IMG/VR virus record: IMGVR_UViG_3300009095_000024
Span: 1 to 45,911 of that record
Source: a virus
Lineage: Duplodnaviria; Caudoviricetes
Reading direction: 5' to 3' (one strand)
DNA length: 45,911 nt
In this document: one piece after another, positions 17,992 through 25,325 of the stretch
Layout of the letters: every line of letters starts with the position of its first letter
Numbering within the stretch: position 1 is the stretch's first letter
Position numbers and translations under genes: made by a program
Notes under the pieces: generated by a model
The model's database searches: none
What the model was told of the DNA's origin: nothing
What the model saw: the letters and a program-made list of their open reading frames with translations, nothing else

Positions 17992-18570
17992 TCAGCCGAC
18001 CTTGACGACCTGCAGCATCCCCATGCGCGCCATGATATCGGCGGCCGGGTCGCCAGCAGCAAGCCCTCGCAGGATCGCGCTACTCGTGTCCCCGGCCTGA
18101 TACTCGCGAGCCGTGGATCCGATCCGATTGACGGGGCGCTCCATGCGCGCCTGATACTCGGCGGCATCCTGCTCGAGCGAGCGCGACTCGCTCTTGGCGG
18201 CACGCAAGAGCGCGTGCGCGTTCTTTCCGCCGGATTGCCAAAGCGGCGCATAAGCCCCGTAGCTGGACAGCGCTTGCACGATCGCGAGTGCCCTATGGTG
18301 GGCGTGGAAGGTCGCTAGCTCGCTCGGGTCGAGCCCGACATATGAGAGGGCGCCCTGCAGCTGGTCCGCCGGCGCGTCCAGCGTGACTTCCTGCAGGTCG
18401 CAATGGTACCCGCTCGCGCCGTCGCCCCAATCGGCGCAATTCTCGAAACGGATCACGTGGTAGCGTGTCGCATCGATGCGACGCGCCCACAATCCGCCAT
18501 GATCAGACCAGTTGACGTCTGAGCCGATATCGTGCCAGACACGCGCGCGCGGGAGCTTGTCTCCAAGCAT
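17992..18570 (-). CDS. Hypothetical early protein
   Basis: Bounded on both sides by conserved elements. Confidence 0.7.
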   Translation of the reverse strand: MLGDKLPRARVWHDIGSDVNWSDHGGLWARRIDATRYHVIRFENCADWGDGASGYHCDLQEVTLDAPADQLQGALSYVGLDPSELATFHAHHRALAIVQALSSYGAYAPLWQSGGKNAHALLRAAKSESRSLEQDAAEYQARMERPVNRIGSTAREYQAGDTSSAILRGLAAGDPAADIMARMGMLQVVKVG

Positions 18571-18651
18571 GGTGTTCTCTCTCTCTTGGTTGGGGGCCCA
18601 CTATCGGGCATAGTCGGGCGCCTGCAGACTGCAGGCGCCCTGCTACGCTCG

Positions 18652-18948
18652 TTAGCGGTAGAAGCGGGCGAGCGGGAACCGCTCGGCAATGCGAGCCTTA
18701 GCGGCGGAGCGGTCGGGCGCTCGGGTGAAAAGCTCGACATACGCATCGGCGTTGTGAGCGACCCAAAGCGGTTCACCCGTGCCCCAATACGCGCCACCCG
18801 GGTCGTAGCCTTGGGAATTGATGCGGACCCGCTCGAGGCGCACCTTAGTGGGCTCGTCTGGAAGCTCGGATCGGCGCGTTTCGTCGCGCCCCATGCTCGC
18901 GCCATAGCGGGAGCAAGCGTTAGTGTAATGATATCGAGGCGTGGTCAT
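18652..18948 (-). CDS. Hypothetical early protein (GYDPGGAYWG motif)
   Basis: ATG 18948 overlaps the upstream stop; stop lies in a conserved element. Confidence 0.65.
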   Translation of the reverse strand: MTTPRYHYTNACSRYGASMGRDETRRSELPDEPTKVRLERVRINSQGYDPGGAYWGTGEPLWVAHNADAYVELFTRAPDRSAAKARIAERFPLARFYR

Positions 18949-19073
18949 GACCGCACGCTCCGGTCCAGGCGCGAGCAAGCGGCGCGGTAGTCACGGCGGG
19001 CGGCGAGCGCCAGAAGGCCCGACACGATGGAGCCGGCGAAACAGGCAAGGGTGGCAAGGTCGATGGGGTTCAT
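18945..19073 (-). CDS. Small membrane peptide (MNPIDL..., 42 aa)
   Basis: GAGAGG RBS; one hydrophobic helix. Confidence 0.45.
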   Translation of the reverse strand: MNPIDLATLACFAGSIVSGLLALAARRDYRAACSRLDRSVRS

Positions 19074-19084
19074 TGGTCGGCCTC

Positions 19085-19153
19085 TCAATCGAAGTGTGCG
19101 AGGATGATCGTGCCGATGAAAATGGCGGCGAGCCAAGCGAGGAGGGTGAGCAT
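19085..19153 (-). CDS. 22-aa hydrophobic micropeptide MLTLLAWLAAIFIGTIILAHFD
   Basis: ATG sits at the canonical position after the conserved element; below the ORF-track size cutoff. Confidence 0.5.
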   Translation of the reverse strand: MLTLLAWLAAIFIGTIILAHFD

Positions 19154-19228
19154 GGGGTTTTCTTTCTGGTTGGGGGCCACTATCGGCCAGACTCGAGGGC
19201 GCCTAGCAGGCGCCCCCTGGTCCGGTCG

Positions 19229-19378
19229 TTAGCGGGTCAGCAACCAGACGATCTCGGTGGCCCGGTTGCGCCGGGCGGTGATTCCCGCCGGTTCGGTCGT
19301 GGCGGTCGGGTCTTTGTGGGCGTCATAGGACGCCAGGTCGGCCACGATGGTGGCAAGCTCGAGGGTGAGGTCAGGCAT
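19229..19378 (-). CDS. 49-aa protein MPDLTLELATIVADL..., first gene of the array
   Basis: GGAG RBS; TAA stop at the conserved position in the element. Confidence 0.55.
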   Translation of the reverse strand: MPDLTLELATIVADLASYDAHKDPTATTEPAGITARRNRATEIVWLLTR

Positions 19379-19379
19379 G

Positions 19380-20137
19380 GGGTTGTCTCCGGTGAGTGAG
19401 TGAGTGAGTGGGGACCTTGAATATAGCTACGCCCGTAACCCTTTTGGGGACAATCGACAGGCAGCGTGCGTTTTCATCGCCAAAACGGAACACCGCGCCG
19501 GCAAGGCCTTTAGATAGGGGGCGCTGCAGCTCGCGAGCCCCCGCTGCCCCATTGTGGGAATGAGCGGACGTCAAGCCGAAAGCGCCAGCTCGCGTCGCTT
19601 TCCCGCTTTGGGACGTGCCTGTGCCGTTAAGGGAATCGGCGGCTGTCAACGCCTACTCGCTGGCCGGGCTCGCTTTGCGTCCCTGTGCCGGAAAGGGAAT
19701 CGGCGCTTGTCAAGCGGAAACGGCAACGGCCGCAAGGTCGGCTGGCAGAGTGTTGCTGTGAGGCACACTGAACAAGCGGGAGGCGTGCCGAGAAGGGCGG
19801 CCTGGGGGCTGCGTCCCCCACTGTTCCGCTTCGGAACCCAGGAGCCGGGTGCGCAGTGTAGGATGTTCAGCGCTCAGGTGTGCAGCTGTGCGTCTGACAC
19901 TGAACATGCCGGCACTGTGCGGCTGCGCAGGTGAACGGGCGGCACTGAACAGAGCTGCAGCTGCGCAGGCGACACTGAACGGGCGGCACTGAACGGGCGC
20001 CGCGGGCCGGCGCCCCGGGTACCCCATGGGGTCGAGTCAGGGGCCGTGGCAGGGCCCCCTCCATCCTACCCATCGCACATCCCAGCCCGGGACCCCACGG
20101 GCCGACTTAGCCCCTCCGTTACAAAAATCTCACAACG
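19380..20137. other. Repeat-rich non-coding control region
   Basis: No credible ORF; (GTGA)4 tract; 32-bp repeats at 19618 and 19682; five CACTGAAC copies. Confidence 0.6.
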
Positions 20138-20314
20138 CTAACGGAGCAGGCTCGCTCGCCAGCCCTTGCGCGCAAAGTAGGCCCGCAGCTCATCGGCGGA
20201 CTTGCCCACCGCCCAGCGCAGGATGGGCGCGGCCCACACGCACACCCCATCGCGCACGCCGAGCCCCGCCACGAAGTGCGGCGCCACGACCCGCACGAGG
20301 AGCTCTTCGCTCAT
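20138..20314 (-). CDS. Small conserved-looking protein (APHFVAG...AAPILRW)
   Basis: GAGGGG RBS; ATGA overlap. Confidence 0.55.
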   Translation of the reverse strand: MSEELLVRVVAPHFVAGLGVRDGVCVWAAPILRWAVGKSADELRAYFARKGWRASLLR

Positions 20315-20652
20315 CGCCGGCTCCCCCTCTTCCCCTTCTCCTTCAGCAGCGCCGCAATCTCCGGCGGCGGAGGCCCGAGGTGCTCCTCCATGAACGCTGC
20401 CCACCTCTCTAGCGCGCCCTCCATCCAGTGGACGCAGTAGGCGTGGCCGACGAGGCCGATCGTGCTCAGACCGAATAGCGCCGTCAACCACAGGCCGTGC
20501 TCGGCCCCGCGCAGGAAGTGATCGAAGCTGGAGGCCGCCAGCCCCGCCGTCGCCGAGAGCGTGAGCCACTGACAGGCCTTGCCGACCTTGTGGGCCCGAT
20601 CGAGCTTGGCGCTGAACGCCTCGCACGCCGCGTTGACTTGTTCTGGTGTCAT
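20311..20652 (-). CDS. Membrane protein (MTPEQV...)
   Basis: Two hydrophobic segments; GGAG RBS. Confidence 0.5.
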   Translation of the reverse strand: MTPEQVNAACEAFSAKLDRAHKVGKACQWLTLSATAGLAASSFDHFLRGAEHGLWLTALFGLSTIGLVGHAYCVHWMEGALERWAAFMEEHLGPPPPEIAALLKEKGKRGSRR

Positions 20653-20822
20653 CTCGGGATCTCTCCGCTCTTGCCTTTGCGCTGTCGGTTCGGATTGATG
20701 CCAGGCTTGGCCAGCAGCTTCTCCGCCGCGGGCGGGGCGGGGCGCACCTCGGCTAGGATGGTGGCCAGGCGCGGACGCTTGTCCGCCGAGGCCAGCACCA
20801 GCCACAGCGCTGTGCGGGTCAT
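20649..20822 (-). CDS. Hypothetical protein
   Basis: ATGA overlaps at both ends. Confidence 0.4.
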   Translation of the reverse strand: MTRTALWLVLASADKRPRLATILAEVRPAPPAAEKLLAKPGINPNRQRKGKSGEIPR

Positions 20823-21289
20823 GGCTTGGGCCTCAGCACATCGAGCGCGAGCCGTGCGCGATGAGCGATGATGCTCGCCGGATGATTCGGATCCACGCTC
20901 ACGAGCCACGTGACGGCCTTGTCGATGCGCTGCTCCAAATCCTCGATGCTCTTGCGCGCCTGGGCCTCGGCGATACTGAGCTTGACCATCTCCTCGGCGT
21001 GCTGCTCGCTCAGGCGGTCGCTAAACGCCTCGCTCGCCGCCAGCGCGTCCTCTAGCGACCGCAGCTTGAACATCACCCCGTCGCTCGGCTCGTACTTGCG
21101 CAGCTCGGCGCGCAGCTCGGCGATTTGCTGCTCGCGCTCCAGCAGCTCCTCTTCGAGATCCTGGCAGCGCGGGCACGTCTGCAGGTCCTTGCCTTCGAGC
21201 ATCATCACGCGGAAGCGCAGCAGCTCGACGAGCTCGTACCGCCACGCCTGCCGGCGATCCTCGCGTCGCGCCTGCCGCGAGTAGCTCAT
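20819..21289 (-). CDS. Coiled-coil protein with CxxC
   Basis: GAGGT RBS before ATG 21289. Confidence 0.55.
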   Translation of the reverse strand: MSYSRQARREDRRQAWRYELVELLRFRVMMLEGKDLQTCPRCQDLEEELLEREQQIAELRAELRKYEPSDGVMFKLRSLEDALAASEAFSDRLSEQHAEEMVKLSIAEAQARKSIEDLEQRIDKAVTWLVSVDPNHPASIIAHRARLALDVLRPKP

Positions 21290-21627
21290 ACCTCGATACC
21301 CTTGCGCCGCTCGAGCTCCGCCACGATCGCGTGCTTGACCCGATCCCATTCGTCTTGGCTCAGGTAGCGGCACGAGAAGAACACGGGCTTGCCGTTGATG
21401 GCCATCGGCGCCGCTTGGCTCATGTGCTCGTAGACGCGCCCTGCGTCCTTCGGCAGCATCGACGCGCCCCCGAGCGCTAGCACCATGAAGTGCTGCCCGA
21501 CCTCCCGCGGACTGCCGCACTCCAGGTCGGTAAAAATCCTGCCGTCGCAGTAGTCGAGCACGAACTTGCGCAAGCGCTCGCTCTGCGCCTCCGGCGTCTC
21601 AGCTCCCTTCGGCTTCTTCTTCGCCAT
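21286..21627 (-). CDS. Hypothetical protein (MAKKKPK...)
   Basis: Start re-called at ATG 21627. Confidence 0.55.
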   Translation of the reverse strand: MAKKKPKGAETPEAQSERLRKFVLDYCDGRIFTDLECGSPREVGQHFMVLALGGASMLPKDAGRVYEHMSQAAPMAINGKPVFFSCRYLSQDEWDRVKHAIVAELERRKGIEV

Positions 21628-21820
21628 CCCTCGACCTCGCCACCGGTAGGAACAAGCGCACGAAGATCCCCGGTAGCTCTTCGGTCCAGTCGAGGCAGAG
21701 CGCGCATTCCTCGCTCTCGGCGTCCACAACCCGCGCCGGGGTTGTCACCCCCTTCAGCTTCGTCCAGCAGCGCACGCAGATCGGCGCGCTCTGCCACTTG
21801 CAACGGGGCTCAGCTGACAT
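21599..21820 (-). CDS. Small Cys-rich protein
   Basis: CxxC...CxxC. Confidence 0.4.
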   Translation of the reverse strand: MSAEPRCKWQSAPICVRCWTKLKGVTTPARVVDAESEECALCLDWTEELPGIFVRLFLPVARSRDGEEEAEGS

Positions 21821-22034
21821 GCTTGCCCCCCGGGCAGCAGTCGCAGCCAGGCCGGCGCGCGAGCAGGTCGGCCAGCTTCGCGGGCGTGAAAGCCCCGACG
21901 AGCCCGTGCTTCTTACAGTCGACGCGGAGCCCGCTCGACGTCAGCCCGACGTCGAGACGCTCCGTCTGGCCGCGCTGCGCGCACGCCAGACAGTGGATGA
22001 ACAGCTCGATCGGCCCCGCCTCACCCTCACTCAT
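21810..22034 (-). CDS. Small Zn-binding protein
   Basis: HCxxC...CxxH...CDCC. Confidence 0.55.
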   Translation of the reverse strand: MSEGEAGPIELFIHCLACAQRGQTERLDVGLTSSGLRVDCKKHGLVGAFTPAKLADLLARRPGCDCCPGGKHVS

Positions 22035-22187
22035 GCATCGGCGTCTATCAGACCCGATCCGGAAAGTGAATACACACCGCCGGGGTTTCCTACGACTGCT
22101 TCGGCCTTTACTCGCCTGCTGGCGTCTGCGCCTCTAGGGCCTCATCTTCTGTGTCGGCCCAAGAGAATGCAACGGCAAAACGCATGT

Positions 22188-22568
22188 TCAGGGTTGACCG
22201 GTAACTGTCGGGCGTGCTTTCGGGGACTTTTGGGCCAGGCGCCTCTCCCGGCGCTTATGAAAGCACCCCTTGCCGCGACGGGACCACTGCTCTTGCTGAG
22301 CACGCGCCCAGGTGATCAACACCATCGCGGCGTATTCGCTCACCCACTGCACCCGCCGCCGGTCCTGGCCCCCCGCGTACTTCCAGCTCCTCGTGAATCC
22401 CTCGTGCAGGTGCCCGCTCGCCCGCGCCCGCCGCTTCAGCGCCGGCTTCGGGTAGTTCAGAAATGCTGACAGTTCGTCCAGGTAAACCCGGCGGATCACC
22501 CGCGTCCGCGCCTCCTGCGGCACCATCAGGCGCTCCGCGTGCTCGTCTCTGTCCGGCTGGCGTGCCAT
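22188..22568 (-). CDS. Basic hypothetical protein (possible DNA binding)
   Basis: Divergent from the putative terS across a 15-bp palindrome. Confidence 0.5.
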   Translation of the reverse strand: MARQPDRDEHAERLMVPQEARTRVIRRVYLDELSAFLNYPKPALKRRARASGHLHEGFTRSWKYAGGQDRRRVQWVSEYAAMVLITWARAQQEQWSRRGKGCFHKRRERRLAQKSPKARPTVTGQP

Positions 22569-22577
22569 GATGACATC

Positions 22578-23003
22578 ATGCCCACGGCAATCGAGCTAAG
22601 CCAGGAGCACCGCGACCCGAAGCTGAAGGAGGCCCGCCTCGCGCGCCTCGAGGAGCTCGAAAATCAGGTTTTCGAGCGGGCAAGCGGCATTTTGGAGGCC
22701 GTTTTGAGCTTCCACGAGGTCGAGCCCAACCAAACCGAGCCCCCCGCCGACTGGATCCAGCGCTACGGCGAAGAAGGCGCCAAACAGCGCCTCCAGGTCG
22801 CCAAATCCGGGTGGCTGCCGCAGTCGATCGCCCCCAATGCGACGAAATTGGCCGCTTTCGTGCAGGCCGGCATCCTGCGCGCCCGCCGCTTCAACGCCGG
22901 CAAGCTCACGCAGAACAACATCAACGTGAAAATCGCCCTGCCGCCCCCGACCACCGCCGAACACCCCGGGGAGGTCGTCTACGAGGTCCGCGACCTCGAA
23001 TAG
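22578..23003 (+). CDS. Putative terminase small subunit
   Basis: First gene of the + strand packaging region; helical with a C-terminal NNINVKIAL strand. Positional inference. Confidence 0.4.
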   Translation: MPTAIELSQEHRDPKLKEARLARLEELENQVFERASGILEAVLSFHEVEPNQTEPPADWIQRYGEEGAKQRLQVAKSGWLPQSIAPNATKLAAFVQAGILRARRFNAGKLTQNNINVKIALPPPTTAEHPGEVVYEVRDLE

Positions 23004-23077
23004 TCTACGGCGTCAGCGTCGCGCTTCTAGCGGGGCGCGCCCCGCATGCGCAGCGAGGTGCTGGAGTCCCGTCTCAA

Positions 23078-23331
23078 GTCACAGTTCTCCGGGGCTGTGC
23101 CCCCGTTGGAAACGAGCGGGCACATTCGGGCGACCGAGTATGGCAGGCTGTCACAGTTCTCCGGGGCTGTGCCCCCGTTGGAAACCTCGAAGGGGCCGGC
23201 GGCTGCCGCCGCAATCGAGCAGTCACAGTTCTCCGGGGCTGTGCCCCCGTTGGAAACAAGCATTACCACGAATGTATCGATAGCTTGTCGACTGAGTCAC
23301 AGTTCTCCGGGGCTGTGCCCCCGTGGCAAAG
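23078..23331. CRISPR. CRISPR mini-array: four 36-bp repeats, three spacers (36, 36, 38 bp)
   Basis: GTCACAGTTCTCCGGGGCTGTGCCCCCGTTGGAAAC at 23078, 23150 and 23222; degenerate copy at 23296 (ends GTGGCAAAG); unique spacers. Confidence 0.95.
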
Positions 23332-24715
23332 AGATCCCCTCGGCCTCCAGCATTTCCAAGCCCTTCGCGAGCACATTGCGAGCGGTGTTGACCCGCCGGT
23401 GCTCGACGTAGCCGCACGCGCGGCATTGGCCGTTGGGCGACTCGCGCCAAGCCCATGACTTGGCGTTGATTTCACCGCACCGCGAGCAGGTGCGCGAGAC
23501 GTCGGGCCACCTCACCGCTCGCATGCGCTCGGGGCCGAGGCTTTGGATCTTGTCGTGCAACAGCCCCATCGCCGAGATGTAGCCGCCCCGGTTCTTCGGG
23601 GTGAGCCGCGTTTGCGGGCCCTGCGCCATCTTTTTCAAAGATTCGCCCTCGTCGGGAGCGACGAAGACGTAACGGAATTGACAGAGGTAACGGAATATCT
23701 CGCCGTTGACCAGATCCTTCACGCGCCGGCTGAGCTGCGTTTGCAGTCGCTCGCTCTGCCGCGATATCTTGATCTTGCTGCCGTCTGGATAGAGCCAATA
23801 ACTGGCCTTCTCGTCGCCGTCCTCGGCCTCGTTCTTCTGCATCATCGCGACCGTCTCGGTCGTCTCGGCGCGGCGGACGTTGCGGAAGAGCTTGCCCGTG
23901 CTCGTCGCGCACAGCACGTCGAGCCCGAGCGCGACGCCCACCGCCTCATCCCGCGTCCACTGCGACACTCCGCGCTTGGGCACGATCGCACGCACGGCGG
24001 CATACCAGCCGTCGGTCTCTTTACTGATCGCAACGCCTTGGATGACGACGCCGCCCGGATCGCGGTGTTCCCACGCGCGGAGCTTCATGCCGGCGAAAGC
24101 GATCGTGACGTTGGCGCGCTTGCCCCGGCGTCCGTTGGGCTCCTCGGGCGGGCCGCCCTTCACGTAGCAGTCGCCGCTGAGCACCTGCAGCGGCATCGCG
24201 TCCTGCGGGCGACGCGGGCGCGGGCGCTTGGCGCGCGTGAAGTTCTTGATCAGCGCCTGGTATTGATGCGCCGAGCACACGCTCTCGAAGGTCTCTTCGC
24301 CGCGCTGATTGGCGAATTGGCGCAAGGCGCCATAATCCCAGGCGTTGACCCCTAGCCGCATGAAGCCGTAGCCGGCGACGTTTTTGATCGCGTACTCGAG
24401 CCCGGCTTTTCGCCGCTCGCCGAGCGCGCGCACGTACTCATCCCACGCCGCCCCGTTCTCGGGCGACTCGTCCTCCCTGCGGGTTTTCTCGGGCCTCGGC
24501 GGCTCGGGGCCGACCACCCCGTCGAGCTCGGCGCGGGCAACGCAGGCGTCTAGGTGCGCGCGGCGCCACCCGGCGAGCAGGTTCCACGCCCGCCGCATCT
24601 CCGCCTGCATTTCCAGCAGCCGCTCGACCTGCTCGCGTAGCGGGTACAGCCGCACCCGGTGCCCCCGCAGCTCGCACCCCTCCGGGATTTCCCGTGTCGC
24701 CCGCCTCGTCGCCAC
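23297..24715 (-). CDS. TnpB/Cas12f-like RNA-guided protein with apparently inactivated RuvC
   Basis: N-terminal RLYP..EQ...R..WN; GWYAAV; RuvC-I VGVALG (D>A); RuvC-II VFVAPD; Zn finger CSRC..CRAC; RuvC-III HRRVNTARNV (D>R). Confidence 0.85.
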   Translation of the reverse strand: MATRRATREIPEGCELRGHRVRLYPLREQVERLLEMQAEMRRAWNLLAGWRRAHLDACVARAELDGVVGPEPPRPEKTRREDESPENGAAWDEYVRALGERRKAGLEYAIKNVAGYGFMRLGVNAWDYGALRQFANQRGEETFESVCSAHQYQALIKNFTRAKRPRPRRPQDAMPLQVLSGDCYVKGGPPEEPNGRRGKRANVTIAFAGMKLRAWEHRDPGGVVIQGVAISKETDGWYAAVRAIVPKRGVSQWTRDEAVGVALGLDVLCATSTGKLFRNVRRAETTETVAMMQKNEAEDGDEKASYWLYPDGSKIKISRQSERLQTQLSRRVKDLVNGEIFRYLCQFRYVFVAPDEGESLKKMAQGPQTRLTPKNRGGYISAMGLLHDKIQSLGPERMRAVRWPDVSRTCSRCGEINAKSWAWRESPNGQCRACGYVEHRRVNTARNVLAKGLEMLEAEGISLPRGHSPGEL

Positions 24716-24721
24716 GGGGGG

Positions 24722-24789
24722 CCTCTATCGGGCGCCGTGGGGGCTGGCAATACTGAACGCTTGACCGGTGACGGATGCGCAGCTAACGA
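24722..24789. promoter_or_regulatory. Back-to-back putative leaderless promoters
   Basis: Minus: TTGCCA-17-TAGAGG-6 nt-GTG(24715). Plus: TTGACC-17-TAACGA-6 nt-GTG(24796). Confidence 0.45.
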
Positions 24790-24795
24790 TCCCGG

Positions 24796-24954
24796 GTGAC
24801 CGTCACCCTCACCCCCGAGCTCGCCGAGCGCGTCGCCCGGATGGCCCGCGACGAGAAGCGGGCCGCTGAGCAGGTGATCAGTGACGCGCTGCTTGCCGCC
24901 TGGGTGAGGTTCGCCACCCGCAACGGCATCAAAGGGGACCAGTGGCGGGCCTGA
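24796..24954 (+). CDS. Ribbon-helix-helix (CopG-like) protein, 52 aa
   Basis: VTVTLTPELAERVARMARDEKRAAEQVISDAL fits the RHH pattern; absent from the ORF track. Confidence 0.65.
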   Translation: MTVTLTPELAERVARMARDEKRAAEQVISDALLAAWVRFATRNGIKGDQWRA

Positions 24955-25310
24955 AGGTCGGGCGCGCCATGGTCCGCCTGGACGACGGCCAGCGGGGCGT
25001 CGTCGAGCTCGACGAGCAGGGCAGCGCTCGGATCGCCTACCAGGACCGCGGGGAAAAGCGGGTCGCGGGGCGCCGGGAGGTCTGGGTCGATGCTGACCCG
25101 CCCCCGGCGCCCCTCCGCGCCGAGGAGAAGCTGACCGTCGCCCTGTACGCCGACCGCGTCCTGCGATCGCTCGAGCGGCACGAGCCGCTGAAGTTCTGGG
25201 AACGGGTGAGCATGTCCGACGACCCCTACGACCCCGGGCTCGTCATGGCCGTCCTCGCCTACCTCTCGGAACGAGACGCGATCGCGCTGGACCTTTCCGA
25301 GGGCACCTAG
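24942..25310 (+). CDS. Hypothetical protein
   Basis: 122-aa ORF upstream of terL. Confidence 0.6.
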   Translation: MAGLKVGRAMVRLDDGQRGVVELDEQGSARIAYQDRGEKRVAGRREVWVDADPPPAPLRAEEKLTVALYADRVLRSLERHEPLKFWERVSMSDDPYDPGLVMAVLAYLSERDAIALDLSEGT

Positions 25311-25325
25311 CTAAGGGCGCCGCGC

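Larger units (their letters stand above)
14707..19235 (-). repeat. Family of intergenic long-hairpin/start-associated elements (~14707-14771, 15498-15560, 17464-17527, 17930-17996, 18592-18658, 19172-19235)
   Basis: On the minus strand: stop codon in CTAACGA/CTGACGA, variable GC stem-loop, CCGATAGTGG(G)CCCC(C)AA, purine tract, ATG. The 14707 copy is a divergent variant. Confidence 0.85.

Noticed and set aside
14707-19235. Bona fide integron or second CRISPR array
   Set aside because: Elements lack the GTTRRRY R' box and are separated by whole genes; no IntI-specific feature could be confirmed. Kept only as an analogy.
19766-19994. Myxococcus-type LexA boxes (GTTCAG half-site)
   Set aside because: Only the half-site matches and the host is unknown.
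22410-22420. 10-11 nt match to the left end of spacer 1
   Set aside because: GC-rich, mid-gene, expected by chance.
23353-23359. TTTCCAA as a tracrRNA anti-repeat
   Set aside because: Only 7 nt and within coding sequence; no convincing tracrRNA seen.
23027-23475. Short ORFs across the CRISPR array
   Set aside because: Translations of repeats and spacers, not genes.
23297-24715. IS200/IS605 or IS607 element
   Set aside because: No tnpA or serine recombinase, RuvC appears inactive, and the 3' end is a CRISPR repeat.
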